From: Akkermansia muciniphila
Lineage (GTDB): Bacteria; Verrucomicrobiota; Verrucomicrobiia; Limisphaerales; F1-80-MAGS106
Assembly (NCBI GenBank): GCA_945865375.1
Contig: CAMBEJ010000002.1
Span: 13,739-77,738 of the forward strand
Reading direction: 5' to 3'
Length of the DNA: 64,000 nucleotides
Shown in pieces: positions 43,125-53,358 of this stretch. The notes beneath the pieces are model-generated. The model was not told the DNA's origin and made no database searches. It saw only the letters and a program-made list of their open reading frames with translations. Both the position numbers and the translations under genes were made by a program. Every line of letters begins with the position of its first letter. The first letter of the stretch is position 1.

Positions 43125-45485
43125 TTAGCAGCAGCGACGCACGCTGTTAAAGCGCTTTTCCTGAGTGTCCGCGTATAAACGACCCTTGTCAGGCACGGAG
43201 TTTTCACAGCTGCCGGAGGGTTTTGAAGGGCATCCCGTTTCGTGGCTGCGGTGCGCGGCCTCGGCTCGTGCGAACTCGGTTTCACCGGATAATTCGCGCA
43301 CCAAACCGATTGCGAGCGTGAACAGCCCGAGCAGTCGGAGAGGCTTTTCTTCAACCAATGCATAGTCCGGCAGCCAGACAGGCGGTGTTTCGTGGAGGGT
43401 AGCCAGACGCTTTCGGGCGATTAGCAGGATCCATTCCCTCAGGCACGAAAGGACGATCAAACTGACTGAGATCAAAAACAAAGCAGCGATGGCGGCGTCG
43501 AGTTTTTGGTTGAAGCGCAAGCTCCGGTTGTCGCGCACGGCTTGAGTGGCCTCTTTGGCCGCCACGGCGTTTCCCAAATTTTGGAGGCCGGCAACCTTCT
43601 GTTCGAGGGCGGGCAGCGCCTTGTCGAGAGCGTCGGCTTGTGCTAGGAAGCCGATTCGAGGGTCGGTGTGAAAGATCTTTTGCGCGCCGGAGGTCATGGT
43701 CACGACTAGCAGCCAGCAAAGAGGCACGAGAGTGACGAGAGCGAGGGCGGGACGGCCAGGGATGCCCTCGGAGGGCGGGAAGGTGGGACGGAGCTGTGAC
43801 TTCAGGATTACGGTGGTCGCCAGACACAGCGCGATGGAGGCGAGCAATTGGTTGGCGATGCCGAACAGCGGCCAGAGCGAGTTGATGCCGCCCAAGGGAT
43901 CTCGGACTCCCTGGATCAGGAAATATCCCCAGCCTGCGACCACCAGCAAACTCGCGAGCCAACCCGACCACGCATTGCGGGCGAGTCCCAACGGTTTCCA
44001 CAAGTACCCAAGGAAATCTTGCAGGAGGTAGCGTCCGACCCGTGTGCCGGCGTCGAGCGTGGTGAGAATGAACAACGCTTCAAACATGATGGCGAAGTGA
44101 TACCACAGATCGAGCCACCTGCCGCGGGTGACATTGGAAAAAATGTGGGCCATGCCCACAGCGAGAGTGGACGCGCCTCCGGTCCTGCCGAACAGCGATT
44201 TTTCACCGATCGCCTGGGCGAGCGCGTCCATCTGTTCTACGCGGACAGGATATCCGGCAGCCGTCACTTTTTGCACCACGGCGTCGGGCGTGCCCTTGGT
44301 GTTGATGCTGAAATACACGCCGGGCTCCAGGGTGCAAGCGGCGATCAGGGCCATGATGGCCACGAGCGATTCAAGCAGCATGGCTCCGTAGGCGGTTGGC
44401 CGGGCAAACTTTTCGCGTGTGATGATTTTTGGAGTTGTGCCACTGGAGATGAGGGTGTGGAAGCCCGAGATAGCACCACAGGCGATGGTGATGAAACAGA
44501 AGGGGAACAATTTTCCCGCGACCACAAAGCCTTCTCCATTTTGGGCGAAAGGGGTGACTGCGGGCATCTTGAGATCTGGCAGCACTAGAAAGATACCCAG
44601 CGCGAGGGCAAAGATCGTCCCCAGCTTCATGAACGTGCTCAGATAATCTCTTGGGGCCAGCAGCAACCAAACGGGGAGAACGCTGGCGGCGAAACCGTAA
44701 GCGATCACCACCCAGGCCACGGGTTCGGGTTGCATGGTAAAGAACGCGGACCACACTGCGTGCTCGTGAACCAGTTTCCCACCCCACACAGCGAGCAGCA
44801 GCAGCACGATGCCTATTGCCGACGCTTCGAGCACCTTCCCGACCCGCCAATAACGGAGATAACTCCCCATGAACATTGCGATGGGGATGGTGGTTCCGAC
44901 TGTAAAAATTCCCCAGGGACTCTCAGCGAGCGCGCGCACCACCACTAGGCCGAGCACGGCGAGCAGAATGATCATGATCGACAGAATGGCAGCCATCGCC
45001 ATCCAGCCAGTCACCGAGTTGAGCTCCTCCTTGACCATCTGACCGAGCGATTTGCCATCCCGGCGTATGGAAAGAAATAAAATGACAAAATCCTGCACAG
45101 CCCCGCCCAGAACGGCCCCGATGAGGATCCAGAGCGCGCTTGGCAGGTAGCCAAACTGGGCAGCGAGCACCGGGCCAACCAGCGGTCCAGGACCGGAGAT
45201 CGCGGCGAAATGATGGCCGAACACGATCCATTTGTTCGTCTTGACGAAGTCTTTTCCGTCGTCGTGAACTTCGCAAGGCGTGGCTCGACGATCATCCAGC
45301 GACAACACCGTCGCTGCGATCCATTTCGAATAAAATCGATAACCGATGGCGTAGCTGCAAACAGCCGCGATGAGGATGTAAGAAGAGTTCAGGGACTCGC
45401 CACGGCGCAGCGCCAGCGTCCCGTAGCTCCAGGCTCCCAGGACAGCGATACCGCTCCAAAGTAAAAACGGAATAAATTTGTTCAT
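43125..45485 (-). CDS. cstA: Carbon starvation protein A (peptide/pyruvate transporter family)
   Basis: YRFYSKWIA..FGHHFAAISGPGPLVGPVLAAQFGYLP..; start set at MNKFIPF (45485). Confidence 0.9.
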   Translation of the reverse strand: MNKFIPFLLWSGIAVLGAWSYGTLALRRGESLNSSYILIAAVCSYAIGYRFYSKWIAATVLSLDDRRATPCEVHDDGKDFVKTNKWIVFGHHFAAISGPGPLVGPVLAAQFGYLPSALWILIGAVLGGAVQDFVILFLSIRRDGKSLGQMVKEELNSVTGWMAMAAILSIMIILLAVLGLVVVRALAESPWGIFTVGTTIPIAMFMGSYLRYWRVGKVLEASAIGIVLLLLAVWGGKLVHEHAVWSAFFTMQPEPVAWVVIAYGFAASVLPVWLLLAPRDYLSTFMKLGTIFALALGIFLVLPDLKMPAVTPFAQNGEGFVVAGKLFPFCFITIACGAISGFHTLISSGTTPKIITREKFARPTAYGAMLLESLVAIMALIAACTLEPGVYFSINTKGTPDAVVQKVTAAGYPVRVEQMDALAQAIGEKSLFGRTGGASTLAVGMAHIFSNVTRGRWLDLWYHFAIMFEALFILTTLDAGTRVGRYLLQDFLGYLWKPLGLARNAWSGWLASLLVVAGWGYFLIQGVRDPLGGINSLWPLFGIANQLLASIALCLATTVILKSQLRPTFPPSEGIPGRPALALVTLVPLCWLLVVTMTSGAQKIFHTDPRIGFLAQADALDKALPALEQKVAGLQNLGNAVAAKEATQAVRDNRSLRFNQKLDAAIAALFLISVSLIVLSCLREWILLIARKRLATLHETPPVWLPDYALVEEKPLRLLGLFTLAIGLVRELSGETEFARAEAAHRSHETGCPSKPSGSCENSVPDKGRLYADTQEKRFNSVRRCC

Positions 45486-45853
45486 CGTTGTCAGGCCGTT
45501 CACGAAATTTAGAACGAGCCGTCCCGGTTTCCCAGCAAAATGAACCGGGATTGTGCAAGTCCACACTCTGGGAGTGCCTTCTTTCGCTTGTTGCATGCTG
45601 CAGAACAGGGGCTCTTCGCTGCAACATTCCGTATCGACCGCGCAACTAGGCAGCGGTTTGGGACCGTTCGGCCATCGGAGCTTCACTGTATCGGGATCTT
45701 CCAGTAATCGGGATGACGGCTGGCGTGAGCGACAGCGGAGTTGAGCGCACGAGGTTCACTGCACAAGAGCTCGGATACCGAGATCATCGATATCGCTTCT
45801 TCCATTTCGTTTGGGTTGTTTGTATCCTTTGAACACCTCCGAAAAAGAGAACC

Positions 45854-47062
45854 TTGATGAAGACAGATCGAAATTATCTACTCCTGTTGTGGAGCCAGTT
45901 TCTGGGTGCCTTTGGCGACAATGTGATCTTGATGATCATCTTGGGGCAGTTGACCGCGCGGTTCAAGGCAGGTCAGATCACCGAGCAACAGCTCAGCAGT
46001 TCAAACGCATTTTACACAACTCTGTTGTTCATCCCCTATTTCGTCTTCGCACCGCTGGCGGGCTACCTGAATGATCGCTTTTCCAAGACCCGATGGTTGC
46101 TTGGAGGGAACCTCATCAAACTCGCTGGGACCCTCGTGGCTGCGGCGAGTCTTCTTTCGGGTCATGATTGGCAGGGGTTCGGTTATTTTATTGTGGGGAT
46201 CGGGTCCTGCGTGTATTCGCCCGCCAAGTACGGCATATTGCCTGAAATTTTGCCTGGGGAACGGTTGGTCAAAGCGAACGGGACCGTGGAAATGCTGACT
46301 TTGGTTGCGATTTTGATGGGGAACATCGTGGGAGCCAAACTGATTGATGTGATGCCGCCGCTCCCGTGCTATGGGATTCAGATTGGGATCTACGTCGCAT
46401 CGCTAGCCCTGAACCTGACAATGACCCGGACGCCCTGCGATGCTTCCGTGCGTCTGGGAACCAGTCTCCAAGAGTTTTTTGGTCACTTTGGAACGTTGTT
46501 GAAGACGGCTCGTCTTGGGCGCGTGTTGCTGGGAACCACTCTGTTTTGGATTTGTGGAGCGGTGATGAAAATGAACTTCCAACCCTGGGGCCTGAAAACA
46601 CTCGGTCTCCCGGACAACACTTCCATCGCGCTCCTGGGGCTTTGGTTGAGCGTGGGGGTGATGATCGGCAGCGTGCTCGCGGGTCAGCTTCACAAGGTTG
46701 GCGATTTACGTCGCACCCGTGCTTATGGGGTGGGGTTGGCGTTGCTTGTGGCGATTTTGTCCACCCTCACCGCACGTTACCTCATCGTGAGTTTCCTGAT
46801 CCTGACGGGGATCAGCGCCGGCCTGTTTCTGATACCCCTCAATGCGGCATTGCAGGCGGAGAGCACTGCCTCGAAGCTGGGAAAAACTATCGCCGTTCAA
46901 AACTTCCTCGAGAATCTTGCCATGAGCATTGGAGGCCTGGTGGTCGTGCTCTGCACCACTCGTTTGTCGGCCTCCGCTCCCACGGTTTTCATGGGTCTCG
47001 CGGCATTCGTGATCGTCGCCGTACTGTGGCTCCGGTTTCCCGATAGAAAGGACCCGGTGTAA
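45854..47062 (+). CDS. lplT: MFS lysophospholipid transporter
   Basis: 12-TM MFS profile. N-terminus LLLLWSQFLGAFGDNVILMII. Lies immediately upstream of aas. Confidence 0.75.
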   Translation: MMKTDRNYLLLLWSQFLGAFGDNVILMIILGQLTARFKAGQITEQQLSSSNAFYTTLLFIPYFVFAPLAGYLNDRFSKTRWLLGGNLIKLAGTLVAAASLLSGHDWQGFGYFIVGIGSCVYSPAKYGILPEILPGERLVKANGTVEMLTLVAILMGNIVGAKLIDVMPPLPCYGIQIGIYVASLALNLTMTRTPCDASVRLGTSLQEFFGHFGTLLKTARLGRVLLGTTLFWICGAVMKMNFQPWGLKTLGLPDNTSIALLGLWLSVGVMIGSVLAGQLHKVGDLRRTRAYGVGLALLVAILSTLTARYLIVSFLILTGISAGLFLIPLNAALQAESTASKLGKTIAVQNFLENLAMSIGGLVVVLCTTRLSASAPTVFMGLAAFVIVAVLWLRFPDRKDPV

Positions 47063-47090
47063 CCGCAAAGGACCAAGACCCCAGGCTTCC

Positions 47091-49238
47091 ATGAAAACTT
47101 TATTAAGAATTCTGGTGCGTTTATTGTTCCGGTTCGAGGCGTACAACACGCGCGTTCTCGACACGCCGGGCCCGATCCTGCTGCTGCCCAATCATGTCTC
47201 CTGGCTGGACTGGCTGTTTCTCCTAGTCTGTCTGGATGACGATTGGAAATTTGTCACATCAAGCACCACCGCCGAACTCTCATGGATTCACAAACGGATG
47301 ATGGTGAACAAGCGGACTTTTCCCATCGACCCCGCGTCTCCCTACAGTGCCAAACACATGGCTGCATACCTTGGCGGAGGAGGGCGTTTGGTGCTTTTCG
47401 CCGAAGGTCAGATCAGCTTCACGGGGACTTTGATGAAGATCTACGACGGAACGGGGTTCCTGCTCCTCAAAACCAGGGCGAAGGTGATTCCTTGCTATTT
47501 GAGGGGTGCCAACCGCTTCAGGTTATCGAGGCAGCCCGGGTGGCGTCGGTGGTTTCCTAAGGTCACAGCCCATTTCGGAGCCGTGGTCCAAGCCCCTGCC
47601 ATGGGGGAGATGCGCGCGGCCAAAGCGCGTGCCAAGCTCACGGATTGGGTGCGCGATCAGATGGTGCGACAACAGTTCCAGGTCGAATCGGAGCTGGGTC
47701 CACGGAACATGCTGGACGCGATCGACGAGGCCGCTCACCGCCGTCCCGGCGATCTGATCTTGGAGGACGCCACTCACAAGACGTTGACCTATCGACGACT
47801 GATCGCGGCGACCGATGTCGTTTCGACGAAGCTGCTTCCCCTGGTCCGTGGGTCGGATCGCGTGGGCGTGCTGATGCCGAACCTTGCCGCGACGCCGGTC
47901 GTGATCCTGGCGCTCTGGCGGCTGGGCAAGACGCCATCGGTGATCAACTTTTCATCGGGCGCAGCGGTGATGGTTGCGTGCGCGCGCCTTGCGGGGCTGA
48001 AACAAATTGTCAGTTCGCGCGGTTTCCTGGCCAAGGCAAAGCTCGACATCGGCCCTTTTGAGCGGGAAGGAATTCGGGTTATTTATCTCGAAGACCTCGG
48101 GATCAGCTCGACGGACCGTCTTCTGGCGTTGCTGCGGGCGTCGGCGTCCCTGGCCCTTCCCAAAAGCTCCCATTCGAGTGCCGGTCTCCGCCCTGATCAA
48201 ACCGCCGTGGTCTTGTTCACAAGCGGTTCTGAGGGAGTTCCGAAAGGAGTCGAACTGACGCATGGAAACCTCCTGGGGAACATTCGCCAAATACTCGCGG
48301 TGACGGATCTTGAGGATCGCGACCGGTTGTTCAACGCCCTGCCTTTGTTTCATTCCTTTGGGCTGACCATTGGCACGTTCCTTCCCCTGGTTCGAGGACT
48401 CTACGTGTTTCTGTATCCATCGCCTCTGCACTACCGCGTGATTCCTTCGGCGGTTTATGACAGAAACTGCACGATTTTTCTGAGCACCAACACATTTTTG
48501 AACGGCTATGCACGGAAGGCGCAGTCGTATGATTTCCGGAGCATGCGCTATCTTTTTGCGGCGGCCGAAAAGTTGCAAGAAAGCACGGCGTCCACATGGT
48601 CCAGGATGTTTGGGGTCCGAGTTCTGGAAGGGTATGGCGCGACGGAATGCGCGCCTTGCGTGAGCGTGAACACGCCTCTCATGCCGCGGCACGGATCGGT
48701 GGGGAGGTTGCTGCCGGGGATGGAGCATCGGCTGGAACCTGTGGAGGGTGTGGCGGAAGGTGGCCGTTTGCTGTTGCGTGGGCCGAATGTCATGCGGGGT
48801 TATCTGAACGAGGATGCAAACGCGAAGTTCCTTGCGCTCCATGGGTGGTATGACACGGGCGATATTGTGACGGTGGATGAGGATGGTTTTTTGTTCATCC
48901 AAGGCCGACTGAAACGCTTTGCGAAGGTCAGTGGGGAGATGGTGAGCCTGACCGCAGTCGAGGATGCGCTGGCTGGGGCCTTCCCACAGTACGGACTGCA
49001 CTGCCAGACAGCGGTTTTGAGCCAGCCTGACGAAGGCAAAGGGGAGGTGTTGCTGGTGGCCACGAATGAACCTCGGCTGACCCTGGACGAAGTGCGCGCC
49101 GCAGTGAAAGCGAAGGGACTTCCCAACCTCTGCGTGCCCCGGGAGATTTTCGTCGTCCATGAAATCCCCAAGCTCGGGACCGGCAAAGTGAATCACCGCG
49201 AGTTGCTGGCGCAGGTCGAAAAAATGCGTGCCAAATGA
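47091..49238 (+). CDS. aas: Bifunctional 2-acyl-GPE acyltransferase / acyl-ACP synthetase
   Basis: PlsC motif LLLPNHVSWLDW; AMP-binding motifs VVLFTSGSEGVPKGVELTHGNL, GYGATE, YDTGD, GRLKRFAKVSGEMV. Confidence 0.85.
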   Translation: MKTLLRILVRLLFRFEAYNTRVLDTPGPILLLPNHVSWLDWLFLLVCLDDDWKFVTSSTTAELSWIHKRMMVNKRTFPIDPASPYSAKHMAAYLGGGGRLVLFAEGQISFTGTLMKIYDGTGFLLLKTRAKVIPCYLRGANRFRLSRQPGWRRWFPKVTAHFGAVVQAPAMGEMRAAKARAKLTDWVRDQMVRQQFQVESELGPRNMLDAIDEAAHRRPGDLILEDATHKTLTYRRLIAATDVVSTKLLPLVRGSDRVGVLMPNLAATPVVILALWRLGKTPSVINFSSGAAVMVACARLAGLKQIVSSRGFLAKAKLDIGPFEREGIRVIYLEDLGISSTDRLLALLRASASLALPKSSHSSAGLRPDQTAVVLFTSGSEGVPKGVELTHGNLLGNIRQILAVTDLEDRDRLFNALPLFHSFGLTIGTFLPLVRGLYVFLYPSPLHYRVIPSAVYDRNCTIFLSTNTFLNGYARKAQSYDFRSMRYLFAAAEKLQESTASTWSRMFGVRVLEGYGATECAPCVSVNTPLMPRHGSVGRLLPGMEHRLEPVEGVAEGGRLLLRGPNVMRGYLNEDANAKFLALHGWYDTGDIVTVDEDGFLFIQGRLKRFAKVSGEMVSLTAVEDALAGAFPQYGLHCQTAVLSQPDEGKGEVLLVATNEPRLTLDEVRAAVKAKGLPNLCVPREIFVVHEIPKLGTGKVNHRELLAQVEKMRAK

Positions 49239-49337
49239 GCTTGGATCAGTCAGTTTGGAAGCCGCGAATGAACGCCGTGAGTGGGGCAGGCGTCCGGCGC
49301 TGGAAACCCCTTTTTCGAACAACCTGACTGTTTCGGA

Positions 49338-50657
49338 CTAACGCGGTTGCGTCCGCGCCAGCGAAGGCATGACGACCCGGAAGAAACGGCGCGGGTCGTT
49401 ATTGGGGAGTGTCAGGTTCCGCCTTCCCGACTCCAGAATCCAGAGCGGTGAGGTGATCTCGGACCAAGTCTCGAGATCCTGCGATCCTTGCAACTGGATT
49501 TCGTTTGCGAGGTTGGCATCGACTGAAATCGAAACATCCTTCGATGCCTCAGAGTGACGGATCGAAAGCGAGGCGATTTCAAGGCTGCTCAGTATCAGAC
49601 CGTTGTCCCCAACACATAGGAACCTGTCTCTTCCGAAACACACCTTCCTGATGCCAGATGGAACCTGGACCGGGTTCAGTCGCCAGTTTAGACCGTCAAC
49701 GGACCATCGCACCTGGCCTGAGGGCGAAACCAACAGAAACACGCCGTTGCCGTAGGCCAGAGGACCCGGCTTGAATTCGCCCTCATTTCTCTGTTTCGAC
49801 CAATTGATCCCATCCCCAGAAATAAAGATCACCGGATATTCCCAGCGTCGTTTCCATTGGGTAGGCGGATTGCCGACAGGATCCAGAGGCCCTAGTTCGC
49901 GAGCCGCGATCAAGAACTTCCCGGCGCCGAAGCAAAGCCCTTCAATGACCAAGTCCTGATTGCTCAGTGCTCGGACCCATTTGATCCCGTCGATGGAGGA
50001 CACTACCGAACCGTGTGTTGCCGCCACGAATCGTCCGCTGCCGAACCGCATTTCTTGGACAGAGTCAGCGAAAGGGAACGAACCGGACACGAAAACCGAC
50101 ACAGGAAGAACCGTGCCGCGCCAGTCCACACCGTTCGAGGAAACCAAGCTCACGGGCTGCGCGTTGGTAATGTTGCCATAAATCGCATCCGTGTAGCCCC
50201 GCAGACCAACATAAAGGCCGTTTCCCCAAGCGACTTGATCCGCGGAGAACCCTTCTGGGAATTGACTCGAGATGATCCTTCCGTCATCCAGGAAGAGGTG
50301 GCTCTTCTGGATCGAAACAAACAAGGTTCCCTTGGGACTGGCTGTGAAAGCGAGGACTTCGGTTAGAACCGCCTCTCCCATTGGTTTCCAAGAAAGACCA
50401 TCGTCACTTTGGAACGGGCTTCCCGCACCTTCAAGGACCACAAATCCCTTTGGGGTATGATCGCAAGCAAAGAGATTACCTTGCCCTAAGTTCGTTTGTG
50501 TCCACACTAAAGGATACTGAGCCGCTTGGACGCGGGCAGATAGAAAGAGGACCACAGCCAACACAATCGTCCTGAGCCACACCGCAAGGTTGAAGCTCCA
50601 TCCAGGACAGTCTTTAGCTGAGCGCATAATCAGCGGCCGTGCCGACGGATCAACCAT
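49338..50657 (-). CDS. Secreted beta-propeller protein with BNR/Asp-box repeats and C-terminal FFRV module
   Basis: Asp-boxes SDDGLSWKP, SSNGVDWRG, SIDGIKWVR, SGDGINWSK, SVDGLNWRL. Ends in RRFFRVVMP... Confidence 0.6.
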   Translation of the reverse strand: MVDPSARPLIMRSAKDCPGWSFNLAVWLRTIVLAVVLFLSARVQAAQYPLVWTQTNLGQGNLFACDHTPKGFVVLEGAGSPFQSDDGLSWKPMGEAVLTEVLAFTASPKGTLFVSIQKSHLFLDDGRIISSQFPEGFSADQVAWGNGLYVGLRGYTDAIYGNITNAQPVSLVSSNGVDWRGTVLPVSVFVSGSFPFADSVQEMRFGSGRFVAATHGSVVSSIDGIKWVRALSNQDLVIEGLCFGAGKFLIAARELGPLDPVGNPPTQWKRRWEYPVIFISGDGINWSKQRNEGEFKPGPLAYGNGVFLLVSPSGQVRWSVDGLNWRLNPVQVPSGIRKVCFGRDRFLCVGDNGLILSSLEIASLSIRHSEASKDVSISVDANLANEIQLQGSQDLETWSEITSPLWILESGRRNLTLPNNDPRRFFRVVMPSLARTQPR

Positions 50658-50691
50658 CGGTTTGATGACACTTTACCAGGATAAAGGGCTC

Positions 50692-51951
50692 CTACCGAAT
50701 GGCAGACATAAAGGGGAATGAAGCCCCGAGAGCCGCGGCAGCATTTGCTGGTTTCGCCGGATCTGTAGATCCAACCGGAACTCCAAGGTAAGTCACATTT
50801 GGGTTCGAGAAAAGCTGGAGGATGGGGCCGCTTGACCGGCCCGACATCAGGTCAGAAAAGTCGGGATTGTTCGGGGACATATCCAGCGAATAGAACCCGT
50901 TGGCACCGGTCTGCCATTTGGGTGAATCCTCGTAGTTATGGTGCAGGCCGCAGTTGTGGCCAAGTTCGTGCGCAGTTCCAAAACGCGGCGCAAACGCACT
51001 GCCAACTGTGATAACCGAAAACCGTTGCAGGTTGCCAGGTGTTGAAACGTAAGCTGCCCCACCAGTAACTGGCTGTTTAACCCACAACTGCAGCAAATCT
51101 GCTCCAACAGAATCCGCATAACTCAGTGTTCCTTGGAGGCCTGCCTGCTGATTCACGAAGTTTTCCAAGTCGGTAAAATAGTTCCCAGAGTCGTTATAGC
51201 TCCATCTCAGAGCTTGTACCAAATCAAAGGAATACGAACCACTCGGAGTGATTGCGCTGTTGGCAAGCGCGGAGTTTGCCTGAGATACCGCCAAGTATAT
51301 CGCAGAAGCCGCCGCTCCATCGCTTCCATAATAATACGTGACGTTCCAGGAAAAGTAGACCATAAGCTTAACAATGTGGGATCCTCCACCGCCGCTCTTT
51401 CCAATTTGCCGCAACCTTTGAAAGGAGGGCTGCCGCGGCGCTGATGGGGTTTGAGCAGCGCATTCGAACTTAGCTTTGTGAGGTGACTGTTCGACTATCC
51501 TGTAGTCTCCTAAAGCTGTGTGCCTCAAGAAGTATCCTACCTCTCCGGGACCATGCATTTGCGCCGTAATATAGTCTCCGACCTGCGAGATCATGAACCA
51601 TGAGCCCGGATTGCCTTGAACTTCACACGTAATTATCCGGGCAGGACCGACTCTCTCTAAACGAGAAACTAAAAGGTCAAATGTGCGATTGCTAAACGGG
51701 CTGAATGTCCAACGTGCTCCTGGGAGTGAAGCATCGGGGGGTGGTGAGTTTAGCCTCACATGGCGAGCCCGCAATTCGCTTTCGTCTTCCAGTTGGGCAT
51801 CTTCAGGGGAAGTTTCATCGGCTACAAGTTCATACTTGAATACCTGGGCACAGGCCGCCTGATGAAGGTTGCTTGGATATAATAAAAGGCCTCCAATGCC
51901 GACCGCGAGGAGGCGCTGGGTGATGAAACGGGTAATACACATCGTTTTCAT
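50692..51951 (-). CDS. Secreted zinc metalloprotease (metzincin, reprolysin-like)
   Basis: Signal peptide; HELGHNCGLHH (HExxHxxGxxH). Confidence 0.7.
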   Translation of the reverse strand: MKTMCITRFITQRLLAVGIGGLLLYPSNLHQAACAQVFKYELVADETSPEDAQLEDESELRARHVRLNSPPPDASLPGARWTFSPFSNRTFDLLVSRLERVGPARIITCEVQGNPGSWFMISQVGDYITAQMHGPGEVGYFLRHTALGDYRIVEQSPHKAKFECAAQTPSAPRQPSFQRLRQIGKSGGGGSHIVKLMVYFSWNVTYYYGSDGAAASAIYLAVSQANSALANSAITPSGSYSFDLVQALRWSYNDSGNYFTDLENFVNQQAGLQGTLSYADSVGADLLQLWVKQPVTGGAAYVSTPGNLQRFSVITVGSAFAPRFGTAHELGHNCGLHHNYEDSPKWQTGANGFYSLDMSPNNPDFSDLMSGRSSGPILQLFSNPNVTYLGVPVGSTDPAKPANAAAALGASFPFMSAIR

Positions 51952-52271
51952 AGGCTTTTCACTGGTCTCCTATAAATGCAGCTAATATTCGAGTGAATCA
52001 AATGTTAACTCCGACTGATGTCAAGCGGAAATCCATCAGAAAACACCAATTCATTTTGGTCCATTTGGCTGCCGAGGGTGCGTGTCTTGGGTTGGGATGG
52101 GTGTGAACAAGAAGCCGGCGGCTGAGGAGGGGTAGGATTGGACCTTGGTCGGAAGGCTTGGGATGAACGAGTTCGAAGGTTGGCTGAGGATTGAGTTGAG
52201 TTCGTCGGTTCCTCCAGAGGTCTGCCTGGGGTTCGCGCGGTTGAAATGAGCAAACCAAGCGCCAAGGGGGT

Positions 52272-52333
52272 GGGGACGGCTCGTCCCCATGTTCCTCTCC
52301 GATAGACACTCGAACCGGGGACGAGCCGTCCCC
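52272..52333. repeat. Twin 17-bp hairpin motifs in inverted orientation
   Basis: GGGGACGGCTCGTCCCC (52272-52288) and its exact reverse complement GGGGACGAGCCGTCCCC (52317-52333). Each is itself a 7-bp stem/3-nt loop. Confidence 0.9.
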
Positions 52334-52353
52334 GCCCCGAAGTTCATGGAAAG

Positions 52354-53343
52354 ATGTCTGGCCAGAAGGTTCGCGGTTTCGTTACAATGGTTCGTTTCAA
52401 CAAGACAATGAAGACACTCGACAATCATGGGATGGGCCGCCAGCGCGGCGATCGACAGAGCCGGTCTTTCGGACGGGCCACCCCCTTGTGGGGAACGGGA
52501 CCGACCCGTCGCCTCGGGTTCACCTTGATCGAGCTCTTGGTCGTGATCGCGGTGATCGCGATCCTGGCTGGAATGCTTCTGCCCGCCTTGGCCAAGGCAA
52601 AAACCAAGGCGCAGGGGATTCAATGTTTGAACAATCTTCGGCAACTCCAGTTAGGCTGGATTCTCTATGCGGATGATCACGCGGACAACCTCGTCTTCAA
52701 CGCCCTGGATCCGAGCTCTTCTGGTTGGGTGAAGGGCGTCCTGAACTTCGATGGTGCGAACACCGATAACACAAACAAACTTTTTCTGACTGATCCTCGG
52801 CACGCCAAGCTGGCACCCTATTCTGCCTTCAGCGCTGGGATTTACAAGTGTCCCGCGGATCGGAGCACGGTCAAGGTAGGTGGCAGATCCATGGCCCGAG
52901 TGCGAAGCCTTTCGATGAGCCAGGCAATGAATTCGACGGATGACTGGCTCAATGGTTCCCATGGCAAGCCTTACTACAAGGCAGGCACGCGCTTCCGGAT
53001 TTTTCGAAAATCGTCTGATATCGATGTCCTCGGCCACTCGCAGGCCTTTGTGTTTATCGATGAGCATCCAGACGGCATCAACTATGGCGACTTCGCGGTT
53101 ATTTATCGGGATGCGACGGAGCTGGAGAAAACGCGGTTCGTGGATATGCCAGGCAGCCAGCACAACGGAGCTGGCGGGCTTTCATTCGCGGATGGGCATG
53201 CGGAGATTCGGCGTTGGGTTGATTCGCGGACCCGGCCAAAGGTGCTGTACAGCGACAAAGGATGGCAGACCTGGGTGGTGGACTGCCCGGGAAACCGGGA
53301 CATTCTCTGGCTTTCGGAACGGACCACGATTGTCGAACAGTAG
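52354..53343 (+). CDS. Prepilin-type N-terminal cleavage/methylation domain protein with H-X9-DG motif (DUF1559-like)
   Basis: [29 protein letters not shown]...; [15 protein letters not shown]. Start uncertain (Met at 52354, 52408 or 52432). Confidence 0.8.
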   Translation: MSGQKVRGFVTMVRFNKTMKTLDNHGMGRQRGDRQSRSFGRATPLWGTGPTRRLGFTLIELLVVIAVIAILAGMLLPALAKAKTKAQGIQCLNNLRQLQLGWILYADDHADNLVFNALDPSSSGWVKGVLNFDGANTDNTNKLFLTDPRHAKLAPYSAFSAGIYKCPADRSTVKVGGRSMARVRSLSMSQAMNSTDDWLNGSHGKPYYKAGTRFRIFRKSSDIDVLGHSQAFVFIDEHPDGINYGDFAVIYRDATELEKTRFVDMPGSQHNGAGGLSFADGHAEIRRWVDSRTRPKVLYSDKGWQTWVVDCPGNRDILWLSERTTIVEQ

Positions 53344-53358
53344 TCACTCTGAAATTTT

